Positions 13,664 through 27,768 are shown, counted from the stretch's first letter. The stretch: 64,000 bases of DNA from Octopus vulgaris (GCA_951406725.2 OX597832.1:48856001-48920000); one strand, 5' to 3'. Program-made: numbers and translations. The notes: a model not told the origin generated them from the letters alone.

Positions 13664-14739
13664 TAGATAGATTCGCTATTGAATTATTTTGCTCTATACA
13701 CTTATGAATTTATGTAAATTTCTAACTGTTTTCGACGTATCGATCTAGATAATTTACTTCAAGATAAATGCTATATCTTCCTTCTATGCATGTTCATATA
13801 TAATCATCCCTGTACTTGAACTAACGAATACACAGCAAACATGGATAAATATATATAGATCAGTGTTACTCAAACAGAATGCTGCAGCGACTGGCGCTCT
13901 GCAGACTGTGTCTAGACGGTCCTCGGCATTTTGTAGTCTATGAAGTGTATTGAAAGAGGTAGTTTTCTTTTCCAGCCAAGGAACCAGCGACTGTTTTGAG
14001 TGTCTTTTAGAAAGAACGAAAGATTAGTATGGGTACGAAGGCCCTACTTCATTTGTAAATTTCTTGAAAAGCAAGTGTGAGTGTTGATCATGACCAAGTG
14101 AACAGGCCTCTTTGTAGGATTCGCCTAAAAACATGAACAAATTAGCTGTGAAAAAAAATTCGTCTTTGATGGTTAGAACAATTCAGGGTCAATAGGGTTC
14201 CCTGATTGGCTTTAGTTAGTTGTCCACGCGATATTTCAAGTGGACCTGCATGGGATTTGAACACAGAAGGTAGAGACTTGGGCAGATCGAAAAAGAAAAG
14301 CCACAAGGAATTTTTTTTTTAATGTTCGATGCTATTTGCCAATCCAACACACTCAGAAACACACACCACACCACACTACACACACTCACACAGCGCTGCA
14401 TGAAGTGGTGATAATATTCATGATGATAATAAGAAGGAGAAGGTGGAGGGAAAGGGAAGGATGGGGAAGAGGAGAGGCAAGGGAAGAAAGAGGGATGGTG
14501 ATGGTGTCAATGATGATGATAATGATATGTCAATGATGATGATAATGGTGGTTTTGGTGGTGGTGGTGGTGGTGGTGGTGATATGATGATGATCACGACG
14601 ACGTCGGTGATGACGATGACGACGAGGACGACGATGTCGATGATAGTGAAAAGGAAGGAAAGAAAGTGGCTAGGTAGGCAGAGAAGGAAGAGAACGAGAG
14701 ACGAATGAAGTAGTTAATATGATTATGTTTCTGCTGCTG

Positions 14740-14900
14740 AAGAAGAAGAAGAAGAAGAAGAAGAAGAAGAAGAAGAAGAAGAAGAAGAAGAAGAAGAAGA
14801 AGGAGAAGAAGAAGAAGAAGAAGAAGAAGAAGAAGAAGAAGAAGAAGAAGAAGAAGAAGAAGAAGAAAAAGAAGAAGAACAACAACAACGATAACAACAA
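14740..14900. repeat. (AAG)n then (AAC)n microsatellite
   Basis: Read directly. Confidence 0.98.
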
Positions 14901-15040
14901 AGTGAATATTCCTTTCATGGCCATTGTCGCTCTATCTACCGTTATCAACTTCAATTACATCCATTAGTATCAGCACCGTCTAAGTCCTCCCTCTTCTGTC
15001 TCCCCTTCACGCCCTAGCTGCTGCCAACACCACCACCATC

Positions 15041-15450
<410 letters not shown>

Positions 15451-15761
15451 ACCACGATTATGAACCCCTTCGTCAAAAATATTGTTTCCTCCCCCTTTTC
15501 GTTTTCCCAATTAAATCACGCCCACCTCTACATCGATGTCATGCTGACGTCGACGACGATCACCAATAGTGCGATGGTGTCGACGAAGAAGAAGAAGAAG
15601 ATTATTATTAATGCTTAGCTGCATTTCTTTGACCCGTCTTTACGTTGTCAGTTCAAATTCCGCCAAGGTCGACTTTGCCTTTCATCCTTTCGCGATCGAT
15701 AAAATAAATACCAGTTGAACACTAGGGTCGATGTAATCGATTCACTTTCTCCCTTCAAATT

Positions 15762-15990
15762 TCGGTCTCGATTCCCGGACCGAGCATTGTGTTCTTCGGC
15801 AAGACACTTCATTTCATGCTGCTGCTCTGCGATCATTTCGACACCTGATGCATGGTACACTTGTGCACCTGTACAGGCAACGTCGAGTTGCTGGAGGATG
15901 GGGAGGGGGGGGTGAGAGTCAGGTAATGTAGAGTACATACATTTAATCATTATAAACAAATCATTTGTGCAGATCTTTCAGCAAACACTG
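15762..15990 (+). mobile_element. SINE family D-related, tail type c (abuts a family B fragment at 15615-15760)
   Basis: ggtctcgattcccggacc...ttgtgttcttcggcaagacacttcatttca then cacttgtgcacctgtacaggcaacgtcga, also at about 32372-32560. Confidence 0.7.
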
Positions 15991-16024
15991 TCAAACGAGC
16001 ACATTGTAAAGAGCACTACGCCAC

Positions 16025-16453
16025 GGATCTTTTCGGTTTGAACGGCAGTTTTTAACATAATTTCTAGGTAACTAAAAATTTTTAAACTTCGTATACTGGT
16101 AGAATGTGTTTATAAAACATCTTTTTCTCTTGGCTCTATTGAGAAAATTCTATAGTTTGTAAGATATTTGTTGTTTTTTTCTTCAATTTCTGCAATTTCA
16201 GCCAATCAGTGACGTCTATTGAGTTAAAAAGCATTCTGTGCCGTATGAATATGTCCCTCGTTTAAGAAACAGATTGGGTTTATTTACATTTGTGAAGAAA
16301 AAAGATACCCTTCCCCCACCCTAACCCTAACCCTAACTAACCCTAACCCTAAAAGAGATTGAAATGCAATAGATCCATTCTAGGGTCATAATTATGGGTG
16401 ACAATTTCATATGACACCGCTAGAAAAAACTGCCGTTCAAACCGAAAAGATCC
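16025..16453. mobile_element. Non-autonomous DNA transposon with 9-bp TSD (Merlin- or Mutator-type) carrying (CCCTAA)n
   Basis: Perfect 29-bp TIR GGATCTTTTCGGTTTGAACGGCAGTTTTT; TSD CTACGCCAC at 16016-16024 and 16454-16462; CCCTAA repeats 16319-16352. Confidence 0.92.
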
Positions 16454-16715
16454 CTACGCCACTTCCTTTTCTCCATTGTGGGCATCAATTTTAATCTCTC
16501 TCTCAGGAAAATATTCAAAAAGGTAGTTTGAGATAGTTTTCTTTTTCGGCCAAGGAACCAGCGACTGTTTTGAGTGTCTTTTAGAAAGAACGAAAGATTA
16601 GTATGGGTATGAAGGCCTTGCTTCACTTGTAAACTTGTTGAAAAGCAAGTGTGAGAAATTATTATTATGAATAATAATAATGATAATAAAAACAATAATA
16701 ATAATAATAATAATG

Positions 16716-16780
<65 letters not shown>

Positions 16781-17048
16781 CTAAAAACAGAAACAATTCC
16801 TATCATAGTAGGTGCATTAGGCATGATAAAAAAATATTCAGACAAATACATAACAAAAACACCAGGACTTACAAACACATATAACATACAGAAAATTGCA
16901 CTACTAGGCACTGCACACATCCTACGCAGAACACTTTCCATACAATAACCATCAGAGCATCACAACAAATCACAGCACATACCCAAGGCACACAGAGCTG
17001 CGCTCGGTAGTGAAGTGAACGCACGCTATAAAAATAAAACTACTGAAT
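16781..17048 (+). mobile_element. 5'-truncated Dong/R4-clade non-LTR retrotransposon in a (TAA)n tract
   Basis: LKTETIPIIVGALGMIKK...IQKIALLGTAHILRRTL resembles the RLE-type C-terminus; (TAA)n on both sides. Confidence 0.85.
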
Positions 17049-17049
17049 G

Positions 17050-17118
<69 letters not shown>

Positions 17119-17124
17119 TTTATA

Positions 17125-17392
17125 GGATGGAGGAGTTCTTAAGCAGATCAGGCCGAAAATGTCGCTAGAAGCTAGGATCACCAAGCATAGATTAGCATAT
17201 TTCGGTCATATTATGCGAAGAAAATCCCTGGAGAAGGACATCATGCTCAGAATGGTCAGTGGCAAGAACCCGCTGGCTTGACACCATCAAGAGTGATACC
17301 GGAATGGACATAGCCGATCTGAAAGAAGCGGCCCAGGATAAGACTGACTGGAGGACATTGATCCAACGAGTAACCGAGAGTCGACTTCGATT
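17125..17392 (+). mobile_element. RTE/BovB-like LINE 3' fragment
   Basis: SLEARITKHRLAYFGHIMRRKSLEKDIML, frameshift, then RTRWLDTIKSDTGMDIADLKEAAQDKTDWRTLIQRVTESRLR. Confidence 0.85.
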
Positions 17393-17424
17393 CCAGAAGA
17401 TATTGAAACAAAACAAAGAAGAGG

Positions 17425-17619
17425 CCATTGTCATCAAGTGAACGATATTTCGACATCTCGTGTGTCTTCCACAGGTTCAAAATTAAAAATGTCAATCTAC
17501 TTCATTTTGGTTAATATTTATAGGAATATCAACCAAAGTGAAGTAGATCGACTCGTTTATTTTTTGAACCTATGCAAGACAGAAGAGATGTCGAAATATC
17601 GTTCACTTAATGGCAACGG
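17425..17619. mobile_element. Imperfect palindromic MITE-like element
   Basis: aagtgaacgatatttcgacatctc ... gagatgtcgaaatatcgttcactt; arms pair almost to the centre near 17520. Confidence 0.75.
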
Positions 17620-17635
17620 TACTCATCTTTTTTGC

Positions 17636-17672
<37 letters not shown>

Positions 17673-17674
17673 TA

Positions 17675-17717
<43 letters not shown>

Positions 17718-17769
17718 CATGATTATCATCATCATGATCATGATCATCATCATCATTATTAGTATCTAG

Positions 17770-17970
17770 ACGGCGAGCTGGCAGAATCGTTTCTAGATCG
17801 ATCGATATGCTTCACGTCATGTCATCCGTTGCTACTCATTGAGCTGAAGTTCCGCGGACGTCGACTTTGTCTTTCATCCTTTCGGAGTCGATGAAACAAA
17901 TTACTATTCGAGTCCTGGGGTCGATGAAATCAACCACCCCCTCTCCAAATTTCAGGCATTGTGCCTATAC
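17770..17970 (+). mobile_element. Decayed SINE family B
   Basis: cggcgagctggcagaatcgtt...gtcgactttgtctttcatcctttcggagtcgat...aaatttcaggcattgtgcct. Confidence 0.75.
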
Positions 17971-17999
17971 TGTGTTATTATCATTATTATTATTATCAA

Positions 18000-18051
<52 letters not shown>

Positions 18052-19072
18052 GTTGTTGTTGTTGTTGTTGTTAGTGCAAGTATCGTCTACACGTTGTCAT
18101 TGGCAACATTGTTTTGACGTCATTATTACCAGTAATTTCACCATGATTATCATCATCATCATCATCATCGTCGTCGTCGTCGTCGTCATCATCATCATCA
18201 TCATCATCTTCATCATCATCATCATCATCATCTTCATCATCATCATCATCATCGTCATCGTCTTCATCATCATCATCCATCATCATCATCATCATCGTCG
18301 TCGTCGTCGTCGTCGTCGCCGTCTTCGTCATCGTTGACGTAATTATTTCTATTATCATCGTAATTATCATCGCCATAATTTTCGTTGTCGTTCTCATTTT
18401 TCTTTTCTTTTTGTTGCTGTTTTATTGTGTTTTATTTATTATTTATTTATTACTTTTTTACAAGATATATTTTCCATTCGTTGCCTTTCCTTTTCAGCTT
18501 TTTGCAAAAAGACTCATCTCAGATATCAACAACAGAGACACGATTTCACAACGCCACCACCACCACCACCACCACCACAAAAATAACAACGCTAACAATC
18601 ATTATTAGAAATGATAATTATGATAATTAGTATATTAATTAAAATTGCATCAGCATGGCATACTTGACGCAAATGAAGCATATAATTATGGTTCCCCACT
18701 TTGAAGCTAAACCCCGATCTAATCTCACTAAATCTCCTACAGATTTAACGCAAACCATAAGGTCTCTAATACTTTGCTTGGTTTCATCTAACATGCGCAA
18801 TTATTTTAACAAGGAATGTTTTGTTTCTTTAGCCTCTTTCGTTGATCTAATAAATGAAGCTAATTTATAACTATTTCACAATGAATGCCTTTCTTGGGCC
18901 GGTTATTGGTTCATCCCCGTTTTTAGAACTGCGGCTTGGTTTTCAGCACTTTTTGGTTTCATACTTTTCTAGTGTTTTGTAGGGTTTAGGGTTATTGGGT
19001 TTCATAATAATTTTTTTTTTTTTTTGTATAATCTCAAGACCTGAATGATGATAGGAATTTAGCGGTCGAAAA

Positions 19073-19304
19073 GGCGGCGAGCTGGCAGAAACGTTAGCAC
19101 GCCTGGCGAAATGCTTAGCGGTATTTCGTCTGCTGTTACGTTCTGAGTTCAAATTCCGCCGAGGTCGACTTTGCCTTTCATCCTTTCGGGGTCGATTAAA
19201 TAAGTACCAGTTACTCACTAGGGTAGATGTAACCGACTTAATCCGTTTGTCTGTCCTTGTTTGTCCTCTCTGTGTTTAGCTTCTTGTGGGTAGTAAAGAA
19301 ATAG
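19073..19304 (+). mobile_element. SINE family B monomer
   Basis: Head ggcggcgagctggcagaaacgtt, B box gagttcaaattcc, Nin-like gaggtcgactttgcctttcatcctttcggggtcgat, tail 1. Confidence 0.92.
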
Positions 19305-20010
19305 GAATTTATCGGTCGAAAAAAACCGAGGAGATTTTTTTTTTTTTAAATAATTTGATGGTACTTTATAACGAAAGATCCGCCACAGGTTCGATCGGCT
19401 CCTTGGAAATCTTATTCTATTGTCTGAAAAACATATTGGGTTTTCTCAATAAACAGAACAGCAAAGCGTCCCTCACTTAGTGAAATATGTTCCTCGAAAC
19501 ATTCACTTTGGTTTTGCGTATCTGGTGTTGTTCATTCAATGCTGACTTAGTTGATATCAGGCGCTTTAATATTGCTCTCGTTTTAATATTTCTCTCCTTT
19601 TTTTCCTTTCTCACTTTCTTTCTCTCCTTCCGTCTCTCTGTCTGTCTCCCCCCTCTCTCTGTCTCTCACACACACGTTTTCTATCTCTATCTCTAGAATT
19701 TATTTCCGTGTGTGACCATATTTCGTTTTGTGTGTATGAGGAGGGGAAATGTCTATGTCAATCGTGTTGAATTAATGAATTCGAATGTTTTTCTCATTCT
19801 AACTGTGTGCGTATCTCGCTAAACATGTGTACACACGAGCGCTAGTTTGTTAACTCCCAGTGTTAAAAATTAAGTACCACTATCAACTGGTACTTAATTT
19901 AACGACCTCGAAAGGATAAAAGGCAAAGTACACCTCGGCGAAATTTCAACAAGGACCGTAAAACCAGGAGAAATGCTGTGAAGCATTTTACCAGGCGAGC
20001 TAACGATTCT

Positions 20011-20772
20011 TTTTTACTTTAGGAACAAGGCTCGAAATTTATGGGGAGGGGGCCAGTCGCTTAGATCGACTCCAGTACGCAACTGCTATTTAATTTATCG
20101 ACACCGAAAGGATGAAAGGCAAAGTCGACCTCAGCGAAATTTGAACTCAGAACGTAACGGCAGACGAAAAAACCTATTTCTATTTCTTTACTACCCACAA
20201 GGGGCTAAACACAGAGAGGAGGACAAGGAAGGACAAATGGAATAAGTCGATTATATCGACCCAAGTGCGTAACTGGTATTTATTTAATCGACCCCGAAAG
20301 GATGAAAGGCAAAGTCTACCTCGGCGGAATTTGAACTCAGAACGTAGCAGCAGACAAAATACCTATTTCTTTACTACCCACAAGTGGCTACACACAGAGG
20401 AGACAAACAAGGACAGAGAAACGGATTAAGTCGATTATATCGACCCCAATGCGTAACTGGTACTTATTTAATCGACCCCGACAGGATGAAAGGCAAAGTC
20501 GACCTCGGCGTAATTTGAACTCAGAACGTAGCGGCAGACGAAATACCTATTTCTTTACTACCTACAAGTGGCTAAACACAGAGACGACAAACAAATACAG
20601 AGAAACGGATTAAGTCGATTATATCGACCCCAATGCGTAACTGGTACTTATTTAATCGACCCCGACAGGATGAAAGGCAAAGTCGACCTCGGCGGTATTT
20701 GAACTCAGAACGTAACGGCAGACGAAATACCACTAAGTATTTCGCCCAGCGTGCTAACGTTTCTGCCAGCTT
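20011..20772 (-). mobile_element. SINE family B tetramer (one head, four cores)
   Basis: Core aaagtcgacc (aaagtctacc at 20311) at 20121, 20311, 20495, 20679 (periods 190, 184, 184); a further decayed monomer lies at 19880-20010. Confidence 0.92.
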
Positions 20773-21085
20773 ACGAGACATTAACAACAAAATTCAAAAC
20801 GAGGCTATTATAATATTGATTATAGCCATAAATATATCGTAGATATTTTTGCCTGGACTGGAGAGATGGTAAATGAAATATGAATGCTTATTTTAATATA
20901 TGGCCCTGCCTTTACATTCCACATGTCACCCCAATTAACTTGCTTCGATATATTTTATATATTATTCCACTCAAGTTTGATTCATATCTTTTTAATTCAG
21001 CGCTTTGCAAAACTTAAGTACGAAGCGATACATTTAATCCTGCTATATTTAATATATTGATGCACTTGAACATAGACACACACAC

Positions 21086-21158
<73 letters not shown>

Positions 21159-21231
21159 CACACACTCACACACACATATGTATGTGTATGCTTCAATGTT
21201 TGTGTGAGGAAGTACATAATATGTATATATG

Positions 21232-21305
<74 letters not shown>

Positions 21306-21546
21306 CGCACACGCATATATGCTTACTAATATATGTATGCGTGTGTGTATAAATGTAATTATATATGTATATAAGTATATATATATACGCATATGTATGT
21401 ATATATACACATATATGTGTATATAAAAATATATATGTACAGTCACTTACCTATACATATAGATACATTCATGTATATATAAATATATACATTCATATAT
21501 AAATGCACACGTACACACACACAAACACACCAAATCCCTCCCCGTG

Positions 21547-21604
<58 letters not shown>

Positions 21605-22671
21605 TGTGTGTGCATGTGTGTGCGTGTGTTTTTGTTTTCTACTTCACAATTTATAAATACCATATAATATAATTAAACTCAAACAAACGAACTAAGAGTT
21701 TTGAGAAAATATTAAAAATATCAAAATGCAAACATGACAAAAGAAACGTTGTTGGTAATCATACAAAGACAAAAATGATCGATAAGGAGCGGAACAACCC
21801 GAAATACTAGAATTATTCAATAGAGGTATAAAAGGTTCTATATATAACGATCTATAACCGAAGTCTACGGTGTTCGACTCTTATGGATTGCATTCAACTA
21901 AAATAGAAATAGATTTCACTGCATCCTTTCGATAATGGATACCATTGTTATGTATTGCCACATTCATAAATATAGAAAGACAACTCAAGGTGATTTGTTA
22001 TATATTGTGGTTATATTCTCTCTATTCAAGTTAAATGGAAAACATCTTTGGATGGAAATCGAAATTTATAAGTATTTTGTCGTCCGCTCACACACATGTA
22101 CAAATATATGGTGTCTACAAAATCCACTCACAAGGCTTTGGTCGGCCTTAGTAGAAGACACTTGCTCAATATGCCACGCAGTGGGAATGAACCCTGAACC
22201 ATCTGGTTGGTAAGCAAGCTATTTACCACACAGCCACTCCTGCATCTATCGCTTATGATAACTCTACCATTTATACTGCACAAATACAGCAGTGATAACT
22301 AAAACAGATATCTACATCATGTGTATTCCATATACTAACGTGTGATTAGACGTAACTATTAGCTAAATCAAATATAAATATTATAAAAGAATATGACAGC
22401 TTGTATATATTATTATAATTCATACATACATACATAAATACATACATACATACATACATACATACATACATACATACATACATACATACATACATACATG
22501 CATGCATGTAAAGGAGTACTGGTGGAATGTCCCAGTGAAAACCTCAACAAGATGTAAACACAATAGACCTGATATAATAATTTGGGACAGAGAAGAAGAA
22601 CTGTGTACATTTGCAGAAACAAGGAATATACCACTTGTATTTGAACAAAATTTAATTGTTTTCCATACTTA

Positions 22672-22707
22672 CAGTTGAAAAAGTTTCAATGACTGAAACC
22701 GGTACTG
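22672..22707 (+). ncRNA. Minimal hammerhead motif, U3:A8 core (family P3)
   Basis: cag TTGAAAA agtt-tcaat-gact GAAA ccgg TA ctg. Confidence 0.7.
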
Positions 22708-22745
22708 AAATGTTCTTTATAAAATTATATATATATATATATATT

Positions 22746-22957
22746 TACTCTTTTACTCTTTTACTTGTTTCAGTCATTTGACTGCGACCATGCTGGAGCA
22801 CTGCCTTTAGTCGAGAAAATCGACCCCGGGACTTATTCTTTGGAAGCCCAGTACTTATTCTATCGGTCTCCTTTTGCCGAACCGCTAAGTGACGGGGACG
22901 TAAACACACCAGCATCGGTTGTCAAGCAATGCTAGGGGGACAAACACAGGCACACAA

Positions 22958-22988
<31 letters not shown>

Positions 22989-23133
22989 CATATATACGAC
23001 TACCAAATCCACTCACAAGGCATTGGTCAGCCCGGGGCTATAGCAGAAGACACTTGCCCAAGATGCCACGCAGTGGGACTGAACCCAGAACCATGTGGCT
23101 GGTTAGCAAGCTGCTTACCACACAGCCACTCCT
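22746..23133 (-). mobile_element. SINE family A
   Basis: Colinear with the 3887 copy; inserted in (TA)n between P3 units. Confidence 0.92.
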
Positions 23134-23172
23134 ATATATATAAATGCTAAAATAATTTCATAAAAAACATTT

Positions 23173-23205
23173 CAGTACCGGTTTCAGTCATTGACACTTT
23201 TTCAA

Positions 23206-23208
<3 letters not shown>
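23173..23208 (-). ncRNA. P3 hammerhead motif
   Basis: Minus: cag TTGAAAA agt-gtcaatg-act GAAA ccgg TA ctg; whole unit about 23143-23210. Confidence 0.68.
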
Positions 23209-23261
<53 letters not shown>

Positions 23262-23288
23262 GCTAAAATAATTTTATAAAAAACATTT

Positions 23289-23324
23289 CAGTACCGGTTT
23301 CAGCCATTGTGACTTTTTCAACTG
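23289..23324 (-). ncRNA. P3 hammerhead motif
   Basis: Minus: cag TTGAAAA agtca-caa-tggct GAAA ccgg TA ctg; whole unit about 23258-23326. Confidence 0.72.
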
Positions 23325-25002
23325 TATATATATATATATATATCATAGTGAGAATATAGACAGATATACGTTTACCAATATTTACACGCAAACACACATA
23401 TGTATATGTGGGGTGGAGCATATATAGCCATATATAGCCATATGCATATGTACATATAAGTGATGACATTATTGGTAACGCCATACAACATAGTTACCAC
23501 ATATTTCAACATGTACCGTAGTTTCAGATGCTTACCGTTATATATAACCATTGAGAATGCTTTGAATAGAGATTGAGTCAGATAATGGGAATATATTCTC
23601 ATATACCGATTATCTGAGACACTGATTCCATTATGGCAGTGGTTTCAGGCAATCAAAATCTTATATTTTCACTAATTGTTCATTTCTTGTTCAATAGAAA
23701 ATAGTAATTCAGAGAAATAGATTTAAAATTCACAAAGATCTCTTCAATTTCTTTGATGCTTTTACCATAACGGCACCCTGCTGAAGTGAAGAATTGAGAT
23801 ATATGCCATAAACTACATCTTGAAAACCTTAGAGACATACAAATAGCAAAAAGCGAAAATCGTCTGGAACGCAGTGCCACACAGTATTCTAATATTCCTT
23901 AATATAGTCAAAGAAACAAGTAATAAAGGAAGATTTTTTTAAAGAATAGGCGTCGAAACCCCTGAACTATACTTAACGAACCAAAGAACGCTGTTGGGTG
24001 TAGAGTTGAATGTGAAAATATCAGACTCTATTATCCACTAGACGCCATATTGCTAAGGTTACAGTGAAACTGATAGCAGTGCCCCTCGCAGTGTTATATG
24101 AAATCGCGTGAAACCAATGATATAGGGAATTTAATTATAATTTGCTCTGTCCCTTACTGGGTCGCTGTGTAAGGGTATAAAGGTTCGTTTCTTTTTAATG
24201 TAGTGTGCCAAGTATATGTCAACCAGGCAGACATCTTTCTCTCTCAAATATATTGACTGTAAGTAGTAAAAGGTTGGGACATGAAGCTAATGAGTTGAAA
24301 TGGTTTTATTGGAATAGAACCTGCGTTGCAGACTTGATTTAGCAGGAACATATTTGCCATATAAGCTTCTCTAATTATTAAACTGAACTCGTTATGAAAG
24401 TATAACGAAAAACCTTAAATTTTATCATATCTGATAATAAAAGAACATATCTAAATTATTTGAAACGTGTCTGGCGATATAATGAAGCCAATGAATGACG
24501 AGACAATGAGAAGCCTTTTTCGCATTTGTTCGATCTACTTAACATAACAGCTAAAATTCTCTTAAATCATATAAACTGCAACATTTATATTAATAAAATG
24601 GGTTTGTCACGGCCGCAACGCTTTTGATTTGAGTACATCATGATCGGAGATAATTTATGGCTGAGCAACAACAAGTAAAAGAAAAGTGTGAATTATAATA
24701 ATGTGAATCTTATTATTCCAATTTACAGCTCTTAATGAATTACAACATTATAATTTTTTTTATTTAGTCACGTACCTCATTCATTAAAAAATATTATTGT
24801 CATATTTTCCAACAGCATGTGGCAGACATTTTTTTAAAAATTGTTTGGCCGAAATATGAGTTATTTCTAACACATCGACCGGTGTATACGTGATATCATT
24901 TCAATAAAATAAGGATTAAAAGCTTTGCAGTTTTATGGATATCAGCTGCCGAACGGATATGAATATCTCGAAAACTGGAAAAAGGAGAACATCTATGGAG
25001 AA

Positions 25003-25207
25003 TTACGGAGATGTACTTGCATAGCAAGTGATTTGATCTGAGATCGTGTGCTGAAACGAAAACAATTGCAGCGTGGAAGGTGTTTGTAAGCTATTTAAGA
25101 AACACACAAAAGCCGTTCGATTCACTTCAACATTTAAGTTTAATTTGTCAAAATATTTTCGTCGCTTTAAGACCGCGACCTGTTCCCTGACAAAAATCCG
25201 TGCTGCA
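25003..25207. mobile_element. Unclassified ~205-bp interspersed element with 11-13 bp flanking duplication
   Basis: (ca)tctatggagaa at 24990-25002 and 25206-25218; second copy in opposite orientation at 30137-30322. Confidence 0.75.
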
Positions 25208-25780
25208 TCTATGGAGAACATATGTGAAAATACAGCTTTTATATATCTAATAGTTAGATCGAGTGAAATTAGAGTCTATATGTCTCCGATGATAAAGAGT
25301 CTATATAACTCTAATGATTCCAGCCAATATGTCTGAAGAAACATCAATATTGTCTAGTGGCAGCATTCAGTGCAAAACCAACGGTAACATTCTAGTTGTT
25401 TATATAACATACCCAGAGATATATCTTTTTCCCCGACATGTTATATGTGTATGAATGTACGTCTCTGTGTGTTTGTCAGCGTACTGTGCGTGGATCTATC
25501 TCTGTATATCATAATGATATTTCAAAAATACCATTTGCTTTATTCTATAGCTGTCTCAATTTAAAAACGCCAGCAGTTGTTTAATTGCAACATAACTATT
25601 ACATTATTAGTTAATATTTAATTAAATAATGTCAGCGAACCTGATGAGGAAGTCATTAGATCAGGAAATTGCATTTAAATATTAATATTCTAATTCTAAT
25701 GGTATCCTAAACAATTACACTCTTGAATTAGTTTTAAGATATATTTATCCAGCATAAGTAGTTATTCAATATATATATGT

Positions 25781-25849
<69 letters not shown>

Positions 25850-25955
25850 CATACATACATACACACATGTACCAGGAACTGCAGGATAGACACATACACA
25901 CGCATATATTGGTGTATATATACACATACAGATGAATATGCACGTAAATATATAC

Positions 25956-25991
<36 letters not shown>

Positions 25992-26402
25992 CTATATATA
26001 CATTGCATACATATATATATATATATATATATAAATATATACCGGAGTAAGCACATAAATGTGAAACAAGGTGGAAAAAAGAGTACTCAAATACCAGAAG
26101 TAGAGTAATATGATTTATTTAAAAGCACCAGAAATATAGCAAAAGCTGTTACTCAGAGTTTCAGGTTCCCGTTCCAGTTACAAAGTAGAGATCAAAAATA
26201 GTTTCACTTTCTTCGAGTCAGTAACTTGCCACTCTGTAGTTTTGCCTACGTGTTCACACGGTCATCACGCAAATTACAAATCATAGCATTCGTGATGACT
26301 CTGAGAAAAATCAAGTGAAACAAATGAGTGACTTCGGCCATATATGAATATTTTAGACGAACATGCACAAAAAAGCACGCAAACACATACACACACACAC
26401 AG

Positions 26403-26444
<42 letters not shown>

Positions 26445-26490
26445 GCAGAAAGGTAGTATATAGAAGAAATTATATATATATATATGTATA

Positions 26491-26589
<99 letters not shown>

Positions 26590-27014
26590 ATCAAGACTAT
26601 TGAAAAGGTTGCAAGAAGCAACGAAAATCAGTGGAAATTTTACTGGTGTGTGTAATAAATTATAAGGCACAAAAAGAAAATGACTTTCGCCAGACACAAC
26701 AGTATATGCTTCAACACACGAACTCACATAAAGAATCTTGCAAACTAAATCCAAAAACGATATACATATATATATATAAAATATTTGAAAAAAGCCACCT
26801 TTTATTAATTCAAAATGAATAATTAAATTACACCATCTAGAAAATTACATATAATAGAAAAGTTAAAATTAAAATAACAATAAAAAAGGTAGGTTTTTTC
26901 TAATATTTTATATATATATTATATTGTGTGGAATTTGATTTAATATTTCTAAATTGAATTCTTTTTCCTTGTAAGTTTGGATTTTATTCCCTCAAATAAT
27001 AATAATTATATATA

Positions 27015-27056
<42 letters not shown>

Positions 27057-27069
27057 CACAGACACGCAC

Positions 27070-27116
<47 letters not shown>

Positions 27117-27731
27117 ACACATATATATATATAGATATAGATATACATATAGATAGGTAGATAGACTGATAAAAATGCAGACACAGACAAACATATGTAC
27201 AAATCAGTAGATTCCCAGTATAATCTAATTACTATAAAACTCATGTTTGAGTTCATGTGTACTATCGTTATTAATATTTCGAAGAACTGGTGTATTTATA
27301 TTGATATATTACTATTTGTTTAATCACCGAGTGTGATACGTTTCAGGAATAATGAATTCTGTTTTCTACAATGGCTAATATTAGCCCGGTTATCATGCAA
27401 GCTAGTATCTGATTCCAATAAACAGCGACCATTAAGTAGTGTTTCCATTTAACACAAGACTAAGTGCTGATCAATACTTGGCCGTCCACTGACCGATATT
27501 AGTATGGATATCAAGGATATCTAACTAGTATTTATAACAACGCTCTTGTGTATCAAGATGTGCTGAGGTGCTTGCCAAAACGATAAAACCCTGTCTGTCA
27601 GTCTGGGACGGAGATGATAGAAATGTTTCATGTATGATGGATGATAGGCCGCTGATTGATCTCTATCTGTATGTCTATGTGTGAGGTGTGTATTCGTGTG
27701 TGTGTGTGTGTGTGTGTGTCTGTGTGTCTGT

Positions 27732-27768
<37 letters not shown>

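Noticed and set aside
16319-16352. Telomere or chromosome-fusion scar
   Set aside because: Only about five units, located inside a TIR/TSD-bounded transposon.
20011-20772. Regularly spaced repeats resembling a CRISPR array
   Set aside because: The whole 184-bp unit repeats, there are no unique spacers and no cas genes; eukaryotic SINE multimer.
25641-25680. CTGATGA...GAAA hammerhead candidate
   Set aside because: No stem II or stem I pairing.
26596-26634. TTGAAAAG gttgc-aagaa-gcaac GAAA motif
   Set aside because: Good stem II but stems I and III are not reconstructable; kept only as a possible decayed motif.
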